From Candidatus Woesearchaeota archaeon (GTDB lineage: Archaea; Nanobdellota; Nanobdellia; Woesearchaeales; UBA10216): a stretch of 64,000 bases of DNA. The notes beneath the pieces were generated by a model. It saw only the letters and a program-made list of their open reading frames with translations. It had not been told where the DNA came from and made no database searches. The translations under genes were made by a program, and so were the position numbers. The stretch lies in assembly GCA_016192945.1 (NCBI GenBank), contig JACPTE010000024.1:16001-80000 (forward strand). The letters are read 5' to 3'. Positions 20,072 to 29,500 of this stretch are shown here, piece by piece (position 1 is the stretch's first letter; each line of letters opens with the position of its first letter).

Positions 20072-20686
20072 TTAGGCCATCATTGATAGCAACGCTGGCG
20101 CTATGGCGCTGAATAGGAGCGCGTTGAAGCCGAGGCTTGTTATTCCAAACCTCAGGCACTTGTCAGGATGCCCTCCCATGAATCCGAGTATGAATATCCC
20201 TGTGAATATGCTGTAAAATATGGTGAGCATTATTCCCAGCGTGAATATGTTTACTCTGGAAAAAGTTCCGGCTAAAATCCCTACCAGGGCGAATGAGGGG
20301 ATTGTTATTATGCTGAAATAAGAGAGCCTCATGGAAAAGGCATAGTCAATGGACATTGCTGCTGCCCCGATTATGGCGCCTGCCTTCGCGCCGTAGGCGA
20401 CCCCGCTTAGCACTGTTATGAGTGTGGTTAGCTCAATTCCGATGTGGTTTCTCTTCAGGGTTTTGAGAAGGAAGCATGAGGCGGCATGCGCCAGGAGGAG
20501 CAATGCCAGGATGAAGTATTTGCTTAATGCAAGGGCTGCCAGGGTAAATGTTATGGATAATGTTATTGCTAAAAGGTATTTGCTGAGGAACGCCCTGATA
20601 TGGGGAATTGACTGCCTGAATTGGAATAGTATTAGTTTCATTATCCGGTTAATCTGTAAATTAATGTATCCCGTCATCTTCTGCAT
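20072..20686 (-). CDS. Multi-pass membrane protein resembling an ECF transporter S-component
   Basis: About 6 TM; ITVLSGVAYGAKAGAIIG pattern; between folate genes; start uncertain (possibly 20641). Confidence 0.5.
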   Translation of the reverse strand: MQKMTGYINLQINRIMKLILFQFRQSIPHIRAFLSKYLLAITLSITFTLAALALSKYFILALLLLAHAASCFLLKTLKRNHIGIELTTLITVLSGVAYGAKAGAIIGAAAMSIDYAFSMRLSYFSIITIPSFALVGILAGTFSRVNIFTLGIMLTIFYSIFTGIFILGFMGGHPDKCLRFGITSLGFNALLFSAIAPALLSMMA

Positions 20687-21258
20687 TCAATAACCCTTGT
20701 TTCTGTGACTACCTTGTCAAGCCTGACGTCATGCTCTTCCTGGGGCACATTGTCTGCCTTTTGGAAGTCGTATGCAAATCCCACTTTGATGCACCTTGTT
20801 TTTTTCAGGAACCGGTCATAATAGCCCAGCCCCCTGCCAATCCTGTCTCCCTCCTCGTCAAATGCAACTACTGGCACAACAATGATGTCAATCTCGCCTG
20901 GCTCTACAGGCTCTCCTATTGGCTCTGTTATTCCAAATGCTCCCTTTCTGGTGTTTGCAATGCTTTTCAGCTGGACAGGGACCAGCTCATTATTTCCCGG
21001 GTTAGTCACAGGCAAGACCACCCTTTTTCCAAGCTCCAATGCCTGCCGTATGGCTTCCTTTGTGCTAACTTCATTTCCAGTCGCCCAGTAGAGCATTATT
21101 GTGTCAGCCTCGCTGTATTCTGTCAGCCCTGAAAACCTTTCCTGTATGGCTGCGCTTTTTTTGGAAGTCTCTCCCTGTTCCATGCTGTTCCTTTTCCCTG
21201 TGAAAAAAGCCCTTTGCTGCTCTTTCCTGAGCTGTTTTTTTTCAGGGCCTGTAGCCAT
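20674..21258 (-). CDS. 5-formyltetrahydrofolate cyclo-ligase
   Basis: KKQLRK, NEVST, FGITEP, VVPVVAFD, RIGRGLGYYDRFL, HDVRLD. Confidence 0.94.
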   Translation of the reverse strand: MATGPEKKQLRKEQQRAFFTGKRNSMEQGETSKKSAAIQERFSGLTEYSEADTIMLYWATGNEVSTKEAIRQALELGKRVVLPVTNPGNNELVPVQLKSIANTRKGAFGITEPIGEPVEPGEIDIIVVPVVAFDEEGDRIGRGLGYYDRFLKKTRCIKVGFAYDFQKADNVPQEEHDVRLDKVVTETRVIECRR

Positions 21259-22003
21259 TTTTCATCAGCACCCCGTCAAGATAAACCTCTGAATTTCCCA
21301 TTATCTTCAGCCTTCCCTCTGCAATGAGCCTTATGGTGTCCGGGTAAATCATCCAGTCGCCATTTTCCTTGAGCTGGTTCAGGTATTTTTCTGCATCCTC
21401 TTCCATCCTGCCCCTGTTGAACCCTGATAAGTCCACTGGCCTGGAAACCGATATTATGGGCCCTCCGTCAAGCTCTCCGTTGACTATGTGGACTGTAGCC
21501 CTTATTTCCCTTTCCCTGTTCAATACTGCTTTTTTCACGCATTCTGCTCCTGCGCATCCTGCATATACTCTTTTTCCTCCCCTTGTTTTTGTCAGGTCTG
21601 CCGGGTGAACATTGAGTGTTATGAAGTTTTCGTATATTGGCGCTGTGACAACGCTCATGTAGCCGCACAGGGCTACCAGGCCCACTTCGTATTGCCTCAG
21701 CTCCCTGGCTGTTTCTGTGTCATATTCTTCGCGTATTTTCATGTCTCTCCTGCTTGCCATTCCCCTCGCAAGATAATAGTCCTTTATGTCCCTGATGATT
21801 ACGGGTATTCTGTATTCCTCCCCTATCTTTCTGGCGTTGCACTTTTTTTCGTCTTTTGTGTCAGTGAATATTGCCGCAACCTTAAATGTTGTTTCGCCAA
21901 GATTTTTCTGAAGCTCTATGATTCTTCTCAGGTTTGTTCCTGAGCCTGACATAAACCCAGCCACTCTCAATGCTCCTGTCCTTGTGTGTTGCTCGTGCTC
22001 CAT
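21242..22003 (-). CDS. purN: Folate-dependent GAR transformylase
   Basis: MSGSGTNL, LCGYM, LNVHPADL, TVHIVNGELDGGPII. Confidence 0.9.
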   Translation of the reverse strand: MEHEQHTRTGALRVAGFMSGSGTNLRRIIELQKNLGETTFKVAAIFTDTKDEKKCNARKIGEEYRIPVIIRDIKDYYLARGMASRRDMKIREEYDTETARELRQYEVGLVALCGYMSVVTAPIYENFITLNVHPADLTKTRGGKRVYAGCAGAECVKKAVLNREREIRATVHIVNGELDGGPIISVSRPVDLSGFNRGRMEEDAEKYLNQLKENGDWMIYPDTIRLIAEGRLKIMGNSEVYLDGVLMKNGYRP

Positions 22004-22009
22004 GTCTGT

Positions 22010-23308
22010 TCATTTGAGGCTTGCCATGTGCTGCACTCTTTTCTGAAGGAGCTGCCTTGTTCCTATATCCCTTCTGTGGTATGTTTCGCCCCTGACCATG
22101 CATGCCGCCTGCTCTGCAATCCTCTCTGCATTCTCAATTGTGTCAGCAATCCCGACAAATGCAGCAGCCCGCGACCTGGTGGTGTATATGATTCCATCCT
22201 GTTCCCTGACAGCTGCATAAAACCTGAGTGCTCTTGTTTTTTCAGGGATGTCTATCCTGCCTGTGACAGGATTCTCTGGATATCCCTTTGGAACAACATA
22301 CTTGCATACTGTTGCCTTTCTCTCAAATTCTGCCTTTGCCTTGCGGAGCTCCCCTTCAGCAGCTGCCCTGCATATTTCTGCAAAGCTTGTCTTGAGGAGT
22401 GGAAGCACGTTCATGGCTTCAGGGTCACCGAACCTGGCGTTGTATTCAATCAGCTTAACGCCCTTTTTTGTAAGCATGAACCCGCCATACATCACGCCAC
22501 GATAGGTGCCTATCTCCTGCTTTAGGGCTTTTGCGGTCTTCTCTGTGATTTCGTGTGCCTGCTCAACGTGCTCCCTTTTCAGGAATGGCAGCAGGTGGTT
22601 TGAGTCGCTGTAGCTTCCCATGCCTCCTGTGTTTTGTCCTTCGTCATTTTCGTATGCCCTTTTATGGTCCTGTACAGGGGGGCAGTCAACAACAGTTTCG
22701 GCATCAGTTATTGACTGCAGGCTGAATTCCTCTCCATCCAGCTTTTCTTCAACAATGACATTTGAATGCGTTCTCAGAATGTCATTGCAATATGCAACTG
22801 CATCTTCTGAGCTTTGCAAATGCTCTCCTGAAACTTTCACACCCTTTCCTCCTGTCAGCCCATCAGGCTTCACAACAAACTTGCCAAGCTCATTCATAAA
22901 GTCTTTAATCTCGGATTCGCTGCTTTTGTTGCCGAATATTCTGTATTTTGGGTTTCCAGGTATCCTGTATTTTTCCAGCAGCTGCCTTGTGAATGACTTG
23001 CTTGTTTCAAGCTGGGCTAATGCCTTTGAGGGCCCGAAGCATGCAATGCCAATCTTCAGCAGCTCATCAGCCACGCCAGCTTCCAATGGCGCCTCAGGGC
23101 CTATTACCGCCAGGTCAGGTCTTGTCTTTTCTGCAAATTTTTTTATGGACTGGGCATCTGTTACTGAGCCAACAGTGAATTCCATGCACTGCCTGTAAAT
23201 GCCTGGGTTCCTGTTTGAGAGAAACCCATAGAGTTCTGAGCCTGAGCTGGCAAGGGCGTCTGCTATTGCGTGTTCCCTGGCTCCAGAGCCTATGATTAGA
23301 GCTTTCAT
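22010..23308 (-). CDS. purD: GAR synthetase
   Basis: IGSGAREHA, GPEAPL, QDHKR, NTGGMG, EYNARFGDPE. Confidence 0.97.
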   Translation of the reverse strand: MKALIIGSGAREHAIADALASSGSELYGFLSNRNPGIYRQCMEFTVGSVTDAQSIKKFAEKTRPDLAVIGPEAPLEAGVADELLKIGIACFGPSKALAQLETSKSFTRQLLEKYRIPGNPKYRIFGNKSSESEIKDFMNELGKFVVKPDGLTGGKGVKVSGEHLQSSEDAVAYCNDILRTHSNVIVEEKLDGEEFSLQSITDAETVVDCPPVQDHKRAYENDEGQNTGGMGSYSDSNHLLPFLKREHVEQAHEITEKTAKALKQEIGTYRGVMYGGFMLTKKGVKLIEYNARFGDPEAMNVLPLLKTSFAEICRAAAEGELRKAKAEFERKATVCKYVVPKGYPENPVTGRIDIPEKTRALRFYAAVREQDGIIYTTRSRAAAFVGIADTIENAERIAEQAACMVRGETYHRRDIGTRQLLQKRVQHMASLK

Positions 23309-24735
23309 CTTGTTGCTATTTTCTGGTAATCCCTCTGCCTCTGTTCCTGCATCTCTTTTGCATGCCCTGTTTCTGTGGGGTATTCGCCTGTGATGCAGGC
23401 TGTGCAGGTGCTTTCAAGCCCGACTGCCTCCTTGAGGTCTTCAGTGTCCATGTAGATTAGCTTGTCTGCCCCTATTTCCCTCTCAATTTCTGCGATTGTC
23501 TTGCTGCCGGCTATCAGCTCTTTTTCATTAGTGAAGTCTATCCCGTAAAGGCAGGGGTTCCTTATCGGGGGGAATGTGCTTAGCAGGTATACTTTTTTTG
23601 CGCCAAAATCGCGCAGCAGCTGCACTATCCTCTTTGAAGTTGTTCCTCTTACGATTGAATCGTCAACTACCATTACGTTCTTTCCCCTTATCACAGACTC
23701 AATTGGCTTCAGCTTCAGCTTGAGTGCATTCTCCCTTATTTTCTGGGTGGGCATTATGAAGGTTCTTCCTATATACCTGTTTTTTACAAGCCCCTCTTCA
23801 TAAGGGATGCCAAGCGATTTTGCGATAGAGTCTGCCGCCGGCCTGCTTGTGTCAGGGACTGGTATTACCACGTCTATCTCAAGCTCTGGCCAGTGCTTTC
23901 TTACCTTGCTTGCCAGTGCCTGGCCAAGCCTCCTTCTCACTTCGTATATTGATTTGCCCTCAAGCTTTGATTCAACTGCTGAGAAGTAGACAAACTCAAA
24001 AACGCATGGCTTGTGCTGCTTTGCCATTGTTGTTTCTGACTGAACTCCGAGGTTTTTGTCAATGAAGACTGCCTCCCCGTTTTTCAGGTCTCTTATCTGG
24101 TTGTATCCCTCTATTGACAGGGCTATGCTTTCTGATGCGAATGCGTAGCTTGTCTCGCTTTTGTTGCCCCTCTTCCCGAATAGGAGCGGCCTTATCCCGT
24201 TGGGGTCCTTGAAGGCGAATATGCCCTTGCCCTCTATCACGCCCACTGCTGAATACCCTCCTGTCAGCTTTTCCTGAACTGCCCTTACTGCCTGGAAGAA
24301 TCCCTTTTCAGTGTATGCATCTGAAAAAACATAGAGAAGCAGCTCTCCATCTGAGTTTGAGATGAAGGTTCTTCCCTCTTTTTCCATCTGCGCCTTGAGG
24401 AAGGGGTAGTTTATTATGTTGCCGTTGAATGCTATGCCTATTCCATTGTTGTCTGTAAAGAAAGGCTGGCACTCCTTTATGTCGCCATATCCTGCTGTGG
24501 GATACCTGTTGTGGGCTATCCCCATGCATCCGTCAAGGGCTTTTATGCTGTCTTCTGTGAATATGTCAACGGCAAGCCCCTTTTCCCTCAGGATATTCAG
24601 CTTTCCTGAGCTGTTGGATGTTGCAATGCCTGCTGCGTCCTGCCCCCTGTGCTGCTGGTGGGTAAGGGCAATGTATAGCTCTGCGGCTGCTTGACTGCTT
24701 CCTATGACAGCGAAAACACCGCACAAATCACTCAC
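23305..24735 (-). CDS. purF: Amidophosphoribosyltransferase
   Basis: CGVF nucleophile, QHRGQD, VDDSIVRGTT PRPP loop, Fe-S-type cysteines (CVFE, CLYG, CTAC). Confidence 0.97.
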   Translation of the reverse strand: MSDLCGVFAVIGSSQAAAELYIALTHQQHRGQDAAGIATSNSSGKLNILREKGLAVDIFTEDSIKALDGCMGIAHNRYPTAGYGDIKECQPFFTDNNGIGIAFNGNIINYPFLKAQMEKEGRTFISNSDGELLLYVFSDAYTEKGFFQAVRAVQEKLTGGYSAVGVIEGKGIFAFKDPNGIRPLLFGKRGNKSETSYAFASESIALSIEGYNQIRDLKNGEAVFIDKNLGVQSETTMAKQHKPCVFEFVYFSAVESKLEGKSIYEVRRRLGQALASKVRKHWPELEIDVVIPVPDTSRPAADSIAKSLGIPYEEGLVKNRYIGRTFIMPTQKIRENALKLKLKPIESVIRGKNVMVVDDSIVRGTTSKRIVQLLRDFGAKKVYLLSTFPPIRNPCLYGIDFTNEKELIAGSKTIAEIEREIGADKLIYMDTEDLKEAVGLESTCTACITGEYPTETGHAKEMQEQRQRDYQKIATR

Positions 24736-24892
24736 CTATCAGCCATTTTTCTTGCTATTCAATGCTGGAATCGTCTCAGGCTGTAAATCGGCTAATATGC
24801 CCCATTTATATAGTTTTGGTAGCCCTTCTTTTCCTGCTGATTTTGTTGCAAAAAATTTTTAATCGGAGGGCTCTTATGGCATTAGAACGAAC

Positions 24893-25420
24893 TCAGAAAG
24901 TCCAGGTCAACTGTGATTTATGGCCGTTCGTGGATGGGGCTGGATTGTGTGTGGTTCCTGATTTTTCTGCGTATTTTATCTCGCTAACAAGCCTGAGCGC
25001 CTCTATCAGTTGAGCCTGAAAGTCCAGATTATCCTGGTAAGTGAGGGTTGGCTGGAGTTCTGCGTATAGTTTTTCAGCCATTAACGAGAAATATTCTGCT
25101 GTTTGCAGGGCTTTGTTAACATGTCTCTCAAGGCAGTCCCTTTCTGAATTGTATAAGTTAGTTCTTTCCGAATCAACCAAAAAGCTCATTGCCAATTTAA
25201 GGTCAGTGGCACGAAGAAGCTCGGAGTTTATCCCGACAGTATATGCCTTGAATCTTAAAATCTCTGCATCATGCTGGTTTACGTCCCCCTCTGCAAGTAA
25301 TTTCTCTAGTGCTGATTCCGCATAGCAGGGCAGGTTTATTGCTAGGGCATACCTTGTTCGCGCCTGTCCCATCTCAACAGCTCTCCTTAAGATTTCCAGA
25401 TTGGGTGTTCGTTGAGCCAT
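24893..25420 (-). CDS. Hypothetical helical protein
   Basis: 175-aa ORF starting 2 nt after the purH-C stop; no recognised motif. Confidence 0.6.
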   Translation of the reverse strand: MAQRTPNLEILRRAVEMGQARTRYALAINLPCYAESALEKLLAEGDVNQHDAEILRFKAYTVGINSELLRATDLKLAMSFLVDSERTNLYNSERDCLERHVNKALQTAEYFSLMAEKLYAELQPTLTYQDNLDFQAQLIEALRLVSEIKYAEKSGTTHNPAPSTNGHKSQLTWTF

Positions 25421-25422
25421 TT

Positions 25423-26694
25423 TCAGTGCTTAAAAGCCCTTTGCCCGGTGAATGCCATTGTTATGTTATGCCTGTTGCAGGCTTCTATGCTTTCATGGTC
25501 CCTTATTGAGCCTCCTGGCTGCACAATCCCGATAACGCCATAGCTCGCAGCCACCTCCACAGTGTCAGGAAAAGGAAAAAACCCGTCAGAAGCCATTACA
25601 GAGCCTATAAGGTTGCCTTTCTTTTCCTCAACAATCAGGTCAATTTCCCTCTTTTTTTTTGCATCCTGAAGCAGCCAATAGGGAGTGCCGTATTTCTCAA
25701 TTGAAAGCCTTGCAGCGTATTTTTCATATGCCTTGAATGCAGCTATCTTTGCAACGCCAACCCTGTCCTGCTCACCTGTTCCTATCGCAACAGTAGACTC
25801 GTTCTTTACGAAGATTACTGAGTTTGAGGTAACTCCCTGCTGGACTTTCCAGCTGAAAAGAATGTCCTTATACTCCTGTTCTGTAGGCTTTCGCTGGATA
25901 GAGTATGTCTTTCCATTATTTTCTGCAGATGCTGCTGCAAGGTCTTCCCTGCTTCTGATTTTGTTGACTGGGGACTGCTGCAGGATTATTCCCCCGTCAA
26001 TGAGGGGCTTTATGTCAACAAACCTTGTTTGGGCGTATTTATTGAGGGTTTTTATGTTGGGAATCCTTATTATTCTCAGGCTCTTTTTTTTTGAGAGTAT
26101 CTGGAGTGCCTCTTCTTCAAAGTCTGGAGCGCATACGACTTCAAGGTAGTTCTTGTCTATCTCGCTGGCTGTTGCAGTGTCCAGTGTTCTGTTGAACACA
26201 GCCACTCCACCGAATGCTGCGATTGTGTCTGTGAGATTCGCCTCCATGTAGGCTTCAGCAATCGTGCCTCTTGAAGCCACCCCGCTGGGGTTGTTGTGCT
26301 TTATGATGATGGCTGTTGGCTTCTCATCAAAGTATTTCAGGATGTTAAGCGCAGCGTCAACATCAGTAAGGTTGTTCATGCTAGGATGCTTTCCTGCCTG
26401 GATTAGGTCAGCGTCTGTTATCCCGCTTACGAGAGGATTTCCAGGCTTTATGTATTCGCAGTTTCCAAGAGCCAGGCTGCCGCTGGCCAGCTCGTACATT
26501 GCAGCCTCCTGGCCGGGGTTTTCCCCGTATCTCAGTCCCTTTTTGGAGTGCTCTTTTGAATCCTCCTGAATGACCTGCCATAGCTTTTTCCTGTATGTCA
26601 GGCTCTGGTCTCCATAGGATATCCTGATGCTGTCTGGAAAATGGTCGCCTATTATTTCCGTGTAGTCTTTCCTGTAGTCTTTTTTTGGCGCCAT
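25423..26694 (-). CDS. purH: AICAR transformylase (stand-alone PurH C-terminal domain)
   Basis: LRYGENPGQ, KHNNPSG, AFGG, SNSV, GTGEQDRV, ASDGFFPF, QPGGSIRD, RAFKH. Confidence 0.92.
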   Translation of the reverse strand: MAPKKDYRKDYTEIIGDHFPDSIRISYGDQSLTYRKKLWQVIQEDSKEHSKKGLRYGENPGQEAAMYELASGSLALGNCEYIKPGNPLVSGITDADLIQAGKHPSMNNLTDVDAALNILKYFDEKPTAIIIKHNNPSGVASRGTIAEAYMEANLTDTIAAFGGVAVFNRTLDTATASEIDKNYLEVVCAPDFEEEALQILSKKKSLRIIRIPNIKTLNKYAQTRFVDIKPLIDGGIILQQSPVNKIRSREDLAAASAENNGKTYSIQRKPTEQEYKDILFSWKVQQGVTSNSVIFVKNESTVAIGTGEQDRVGVAKIAAFKAYEKYAARLSIEKYGTPYWLLQDAKKKREIDLIVEEKKGNLIGSVMASDGFFPFPDTVEVAASYGVIGIVQPGGSIRDHESIEACNRHNITMAFTGQRAFKH

Positions 26695-26695
26695 G

Positions 26696-27328
26696 TCAAT
26701 CCAGGTATTCTTTCCTTACCTTGCCTATCGTTGTTGCCTGAAAATACTTGTCTATGCTGTCCATGTAATTGCTGATGTGGCTGAATCCTTTTTTTGCGAG
26801 CAAGTGCCTTGCTGCAAGGCTGGTGCAGCCGTTGTTGCCTCGCATTAAGCTGAGTATGCCCTCGTAGTCTGTTGGCTCTGTGATTACTGCAACCCGCAGG
26901 AAATTCTTGCATCCTGCCTCTATAAGGCTTACTCCCCCTATGTCTATTTTGTTTCTTGCGTCCTCTATTTTTCCGCTTTTGGAGGAGGCTTGCTGGAATG
27001 GGTAAAGGTTCACTGCAACCATGTCTATTTTTCTTATTCTGTGCTGCTCCATGTAATCCCTGTCATCCATGCCCCCCAGTATTCCGCAGTGGATGAGCGG
27101 GTGCAGGGTTTTGACAAGCCCTGATGGCATTTCAGGAAAGCCTGTGTAATCAGATGCCTGAACCACGTTTTTTGGGGCTGCCTTTTCAATTTCCCTGAAT
27201 GTTCCGCCGCTGCTTATTATTTTTATGCCAGGATTTATTTTTACCAGTTCTGATGCGAGGTATTTTATTCCGCTCTTTTCATAGGTGCTTATTATGGCTG
27301 TATTTACTTTAATCAGGTCATCAGTCAT
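26696..27328 (-). CDS. IMP cyclohydrolase (stand-alone PurH N-terminal MGS-like domain)
   Basis: SSGGT, YTGFPEMPSGLVKTLHP, VNLYPF, IDIGG. Confidence 0.9.
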   Translation of the reverse strand: MTDDLIKVNTAIISTYEKSGIKYLASELVKINPGIKIISSGGTFREIEKAAPKNVVQASDYTGFPEMPSGLVKTLHPLIHCGILGGMDDRDYMEQHRIRKIDMVAVNLYPFQQASSKSGKIEDARNKIDIGGVSLIEAGCKNFLRVAVITEPTDYEGILSLMRGNNGCTSLAARHLLAKKGFSHISNYMDSIDKYFQATTIGKVRKEYLD

Positions 27329-28647
27329 TTTTGAAGGTGCTCTCTTGTCCTTTGAAGGGCGTTTTTTCTTACTGTAATCTCCCTTTTCGGGCTTAGGCTT
27401 ACCATGCTTATGGGCACTTGGGTGAATTGCACTAATTCCCTGAAGTATTCCTTCATGGGATCAGGCAGGCTGTCATAGCCTTGCCCGGCCATTTCAATGG
27501 CCTGCTGCTCGGTGAACCTTTCAAAATAGTATTCCTTGTCGCTGTATACTGGAGACCATCCGTCCAGCTTGAATGGGAACCTGGCTGTAATTGCGCCTTC
27601 TTTCTCGTATGCGATTGCTGCCTTGAACTTTTTTCCTGCAAGAACATCTATCTTGGTTACTGCGAAAGCGTCAAACCCGTTTATCATTGCAGAGTATTTG
27701 AGCGCAACAAGGTCTGGCATCCCTACTCTTCTTGGCCTTCCTGTTGTTGCCCCGAATTCCTGCCCCTCTTTCTGGATTTGCCTTCCAAGCTCATCTTTCA
27801 ATTCTGTTGGAAACAGCCCCTCTCCAACCCTTGTCGGGTATGCCTTGGCAACTCCCAGTATTGTGAACTCCCTTGGATTCACGCCCAGGTTTGAGAAAGC
27901 CCCTCCTGCAGTGGTATTTGAGCTTGTTACGTATGGCCTGGTTCCATGCACTATGTCCAGGAGGGCTCCCTGGGCCCCTTCAACAATTATTGACTTTCCA
28001 TGCCTGATTGATTCGTTCAGCTCATAGGCAACAGAGCCTGTGAATGGCCTTAGCTTCCCTGCATATTTATTGTATCGGCTTGCTATTGCTTCAGAATACT
28101 TGGCCAGCTCATCCTCATCCTTGATTATTCCCCTTTCCGCCAGCTCTGCTTTTTTGGCTCTCAGCACTGCATAGAGCCTTTTCGGGAAGTCTTTCTGAAG
28201 CAGGTCATGGATGGTTATGTCTTCTGTCCTGGATGCCTTGTCTTTTGCAGCAGGGCCTATTCCTCTTTTGGTTGTCCCGATTTTTAGCTCTCCACTGGCC
28301 TCCTGGCTGGAGTCAAGTGATATGTGGTATGGCATTATCAGGTGTGTGCGCTCGTCAATCAGGATTTTTCCGGCAATCTTGAAGCCTTTATTAACCACCT
28401 CCTGGCAATCCTTCAGGAAGGATTCCGGATTGAGAAACACATCAGGCCCTATTGCGACATTTTTTCCCTGGAGAACACCTGATGGCAGGGTATGAAGAAT
28501 AACCCTCTTGTCGCCGATTACGATTGTGTGGCCTGCGTTATCCCCCCCATTGAACCTTACAACCCAGTCAGCATCAGCGGCTATGAGGTCAACTATCTTG
28601 CCCTTTCCCTCATCGCCCCAGTAAGCCCCGATTACAACCGTGTTCAT
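27325..28647 (-). CDS. purA: Adenylosuccinate synthetase
   Basis: WGDEGKGKIVD, GGDNAGHT, GTTKRGIGP, EGAQG, GATTGRPRR. Confidence 0.97.
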   Translation of the reverse strand: MNTVVIGAYWGDEGKGKIVDLIAADADWVVRFNGGDNAGHTIVIGDKRVILHTLPSGVLQGKNVAIGPDVFLNPESFLKDCQEVVNKGFKIAGKILIDERTHLIMPYHISLDSSQEASGELKIGTTKRGIGPAAKDKASRTEDITIHDLLQKDFPKRLYAVLRAKKAELAERGIIKDEDELAKYSEAIASRYNKYAGKLRPFTGSVAYELNESIRHGKSIIVEGAQGALLDIVHGTRPYVTSSNTTAGGAFSNLGVNPREFTILGVAKAYPTRVGEGLFPTELKDELGRQIQKEGQEFGATTGRPRRVGMPDLVALKYSAMINGFDAFAVTKIDVLAGKKFKAAIAYEKEGAITARFPFKLDGWSPVYSDKEYYFERFTEQQAIEMAGQGYDSLPDPMKEYFRELVQFTQVPISMVSLSPKREITVRKNALQRTREHLQK

Positions 28648-29207
28648 AAGACCACATTATCTGCGCATGCTGCTTGGTTATTTCTTATGTAAGTGTGTGG
28701 AGGTTGGCCTTGGCCAGCGTAGAGGGGGCTTTCTCTTAATCTGATATCCTTTCTGAAGAGTGCATTATTAAGCGCGGAGTTTACAAGCCTTTCAAGGCTG
28801 CCTGGTGTTGTTCCTGAATCATCCTGAATCGGGTAGGCTGTCACAGTTACCGTATAATCCCTTGAAGGATTAAGTCCTATCATGGACGAAAGTTTAGCTC
28901 CCATTATTGACGCTAAAAAAGAAAGCAGTATTCTTGAATAGCCTATTTTTTCAGCCTCAACTTCTGGCATGTCCATTCCAAGGCCGAAGTATTCTGCCTG
29001 GTCTTGAATATACCGTGCCAGGCTATCTATGTGCGACTGGGTTACAGTGCTTGCCAGGAAAAGCTGAGCTTGGTAATGCATGCATGTGCAAATTTTTTGT
29101 GTTTTATATATTTTGTCCAAAACCGGCATTATTGAAAACCTCAGTAGCGTGCTCATACATTGAGCCAGATTCGGTTCGCTTATGCGAACTTCTTTTCTTT
29201 CCCCCAC
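28644..29207 (-). CDS. Hypothetical protein
   Basis: 187-aa ORF; stop overlaps the purA start (ATGA); no recognised motif. Confidence 0.55.
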   Translation of the reverse strand: MGERKEVRISEPNLAQCMSTLLRFSIMPVLDKIYKTQKICTCMHYQAQLFLASTVTQSHIDSLARYIQDQAEYFGLGMDMPEVEAEKIGYSRILLSFLASIMGAKLSSMIGLNPSRDYTVTVTAYPIQDDSGTTPGSLERLVNSALNNALFRKDIRLRESPLYAGQGQPPHTYIRNNQAACADNVVL

Positions 29208-29209
29208 GC

Positions 29210-29500
29210 TTACCGAGGGGGAGAAGAAAAGAACCTTTGTTTTACAAAGGCGAATCTGGCTCTGAATGTGAAGTATATTATCGCGAAAACTGCGTGGATA
29301 AGAACTGAAATGAAGAAGAGCTTCCAGTAGTGGCAGTGCGCGTTGTAGAATTTCTTGTACCAGTCATGCTGCCATAGCCTCTTCTGGAGCGAACTGCCCA
29401 TCAGGCACCTGCATGAGAAAAACACAAGGAACAGCCCTATGATGTTGGTTATCCCAAGCATGAATGTTATTCGTGCTCCGGTTGCAGGCTCTATTAGCAT
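29210..29500 (-). CDS. Small membrane protein with SCRC and HxxYW...H motifs
   Basis: Two TM helices; start overlaps the pyrF stop. Confidence 0.65.
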   Translation of the reverse strand: MLIEPATGARITFMLGITNIIGLFLVFFSCRCLMGSSLQKRLWQHDWYKKFYNAHCHYWKLFFISVLIHAVFAIIYFTFRARFAFVKQRFFSSPPR

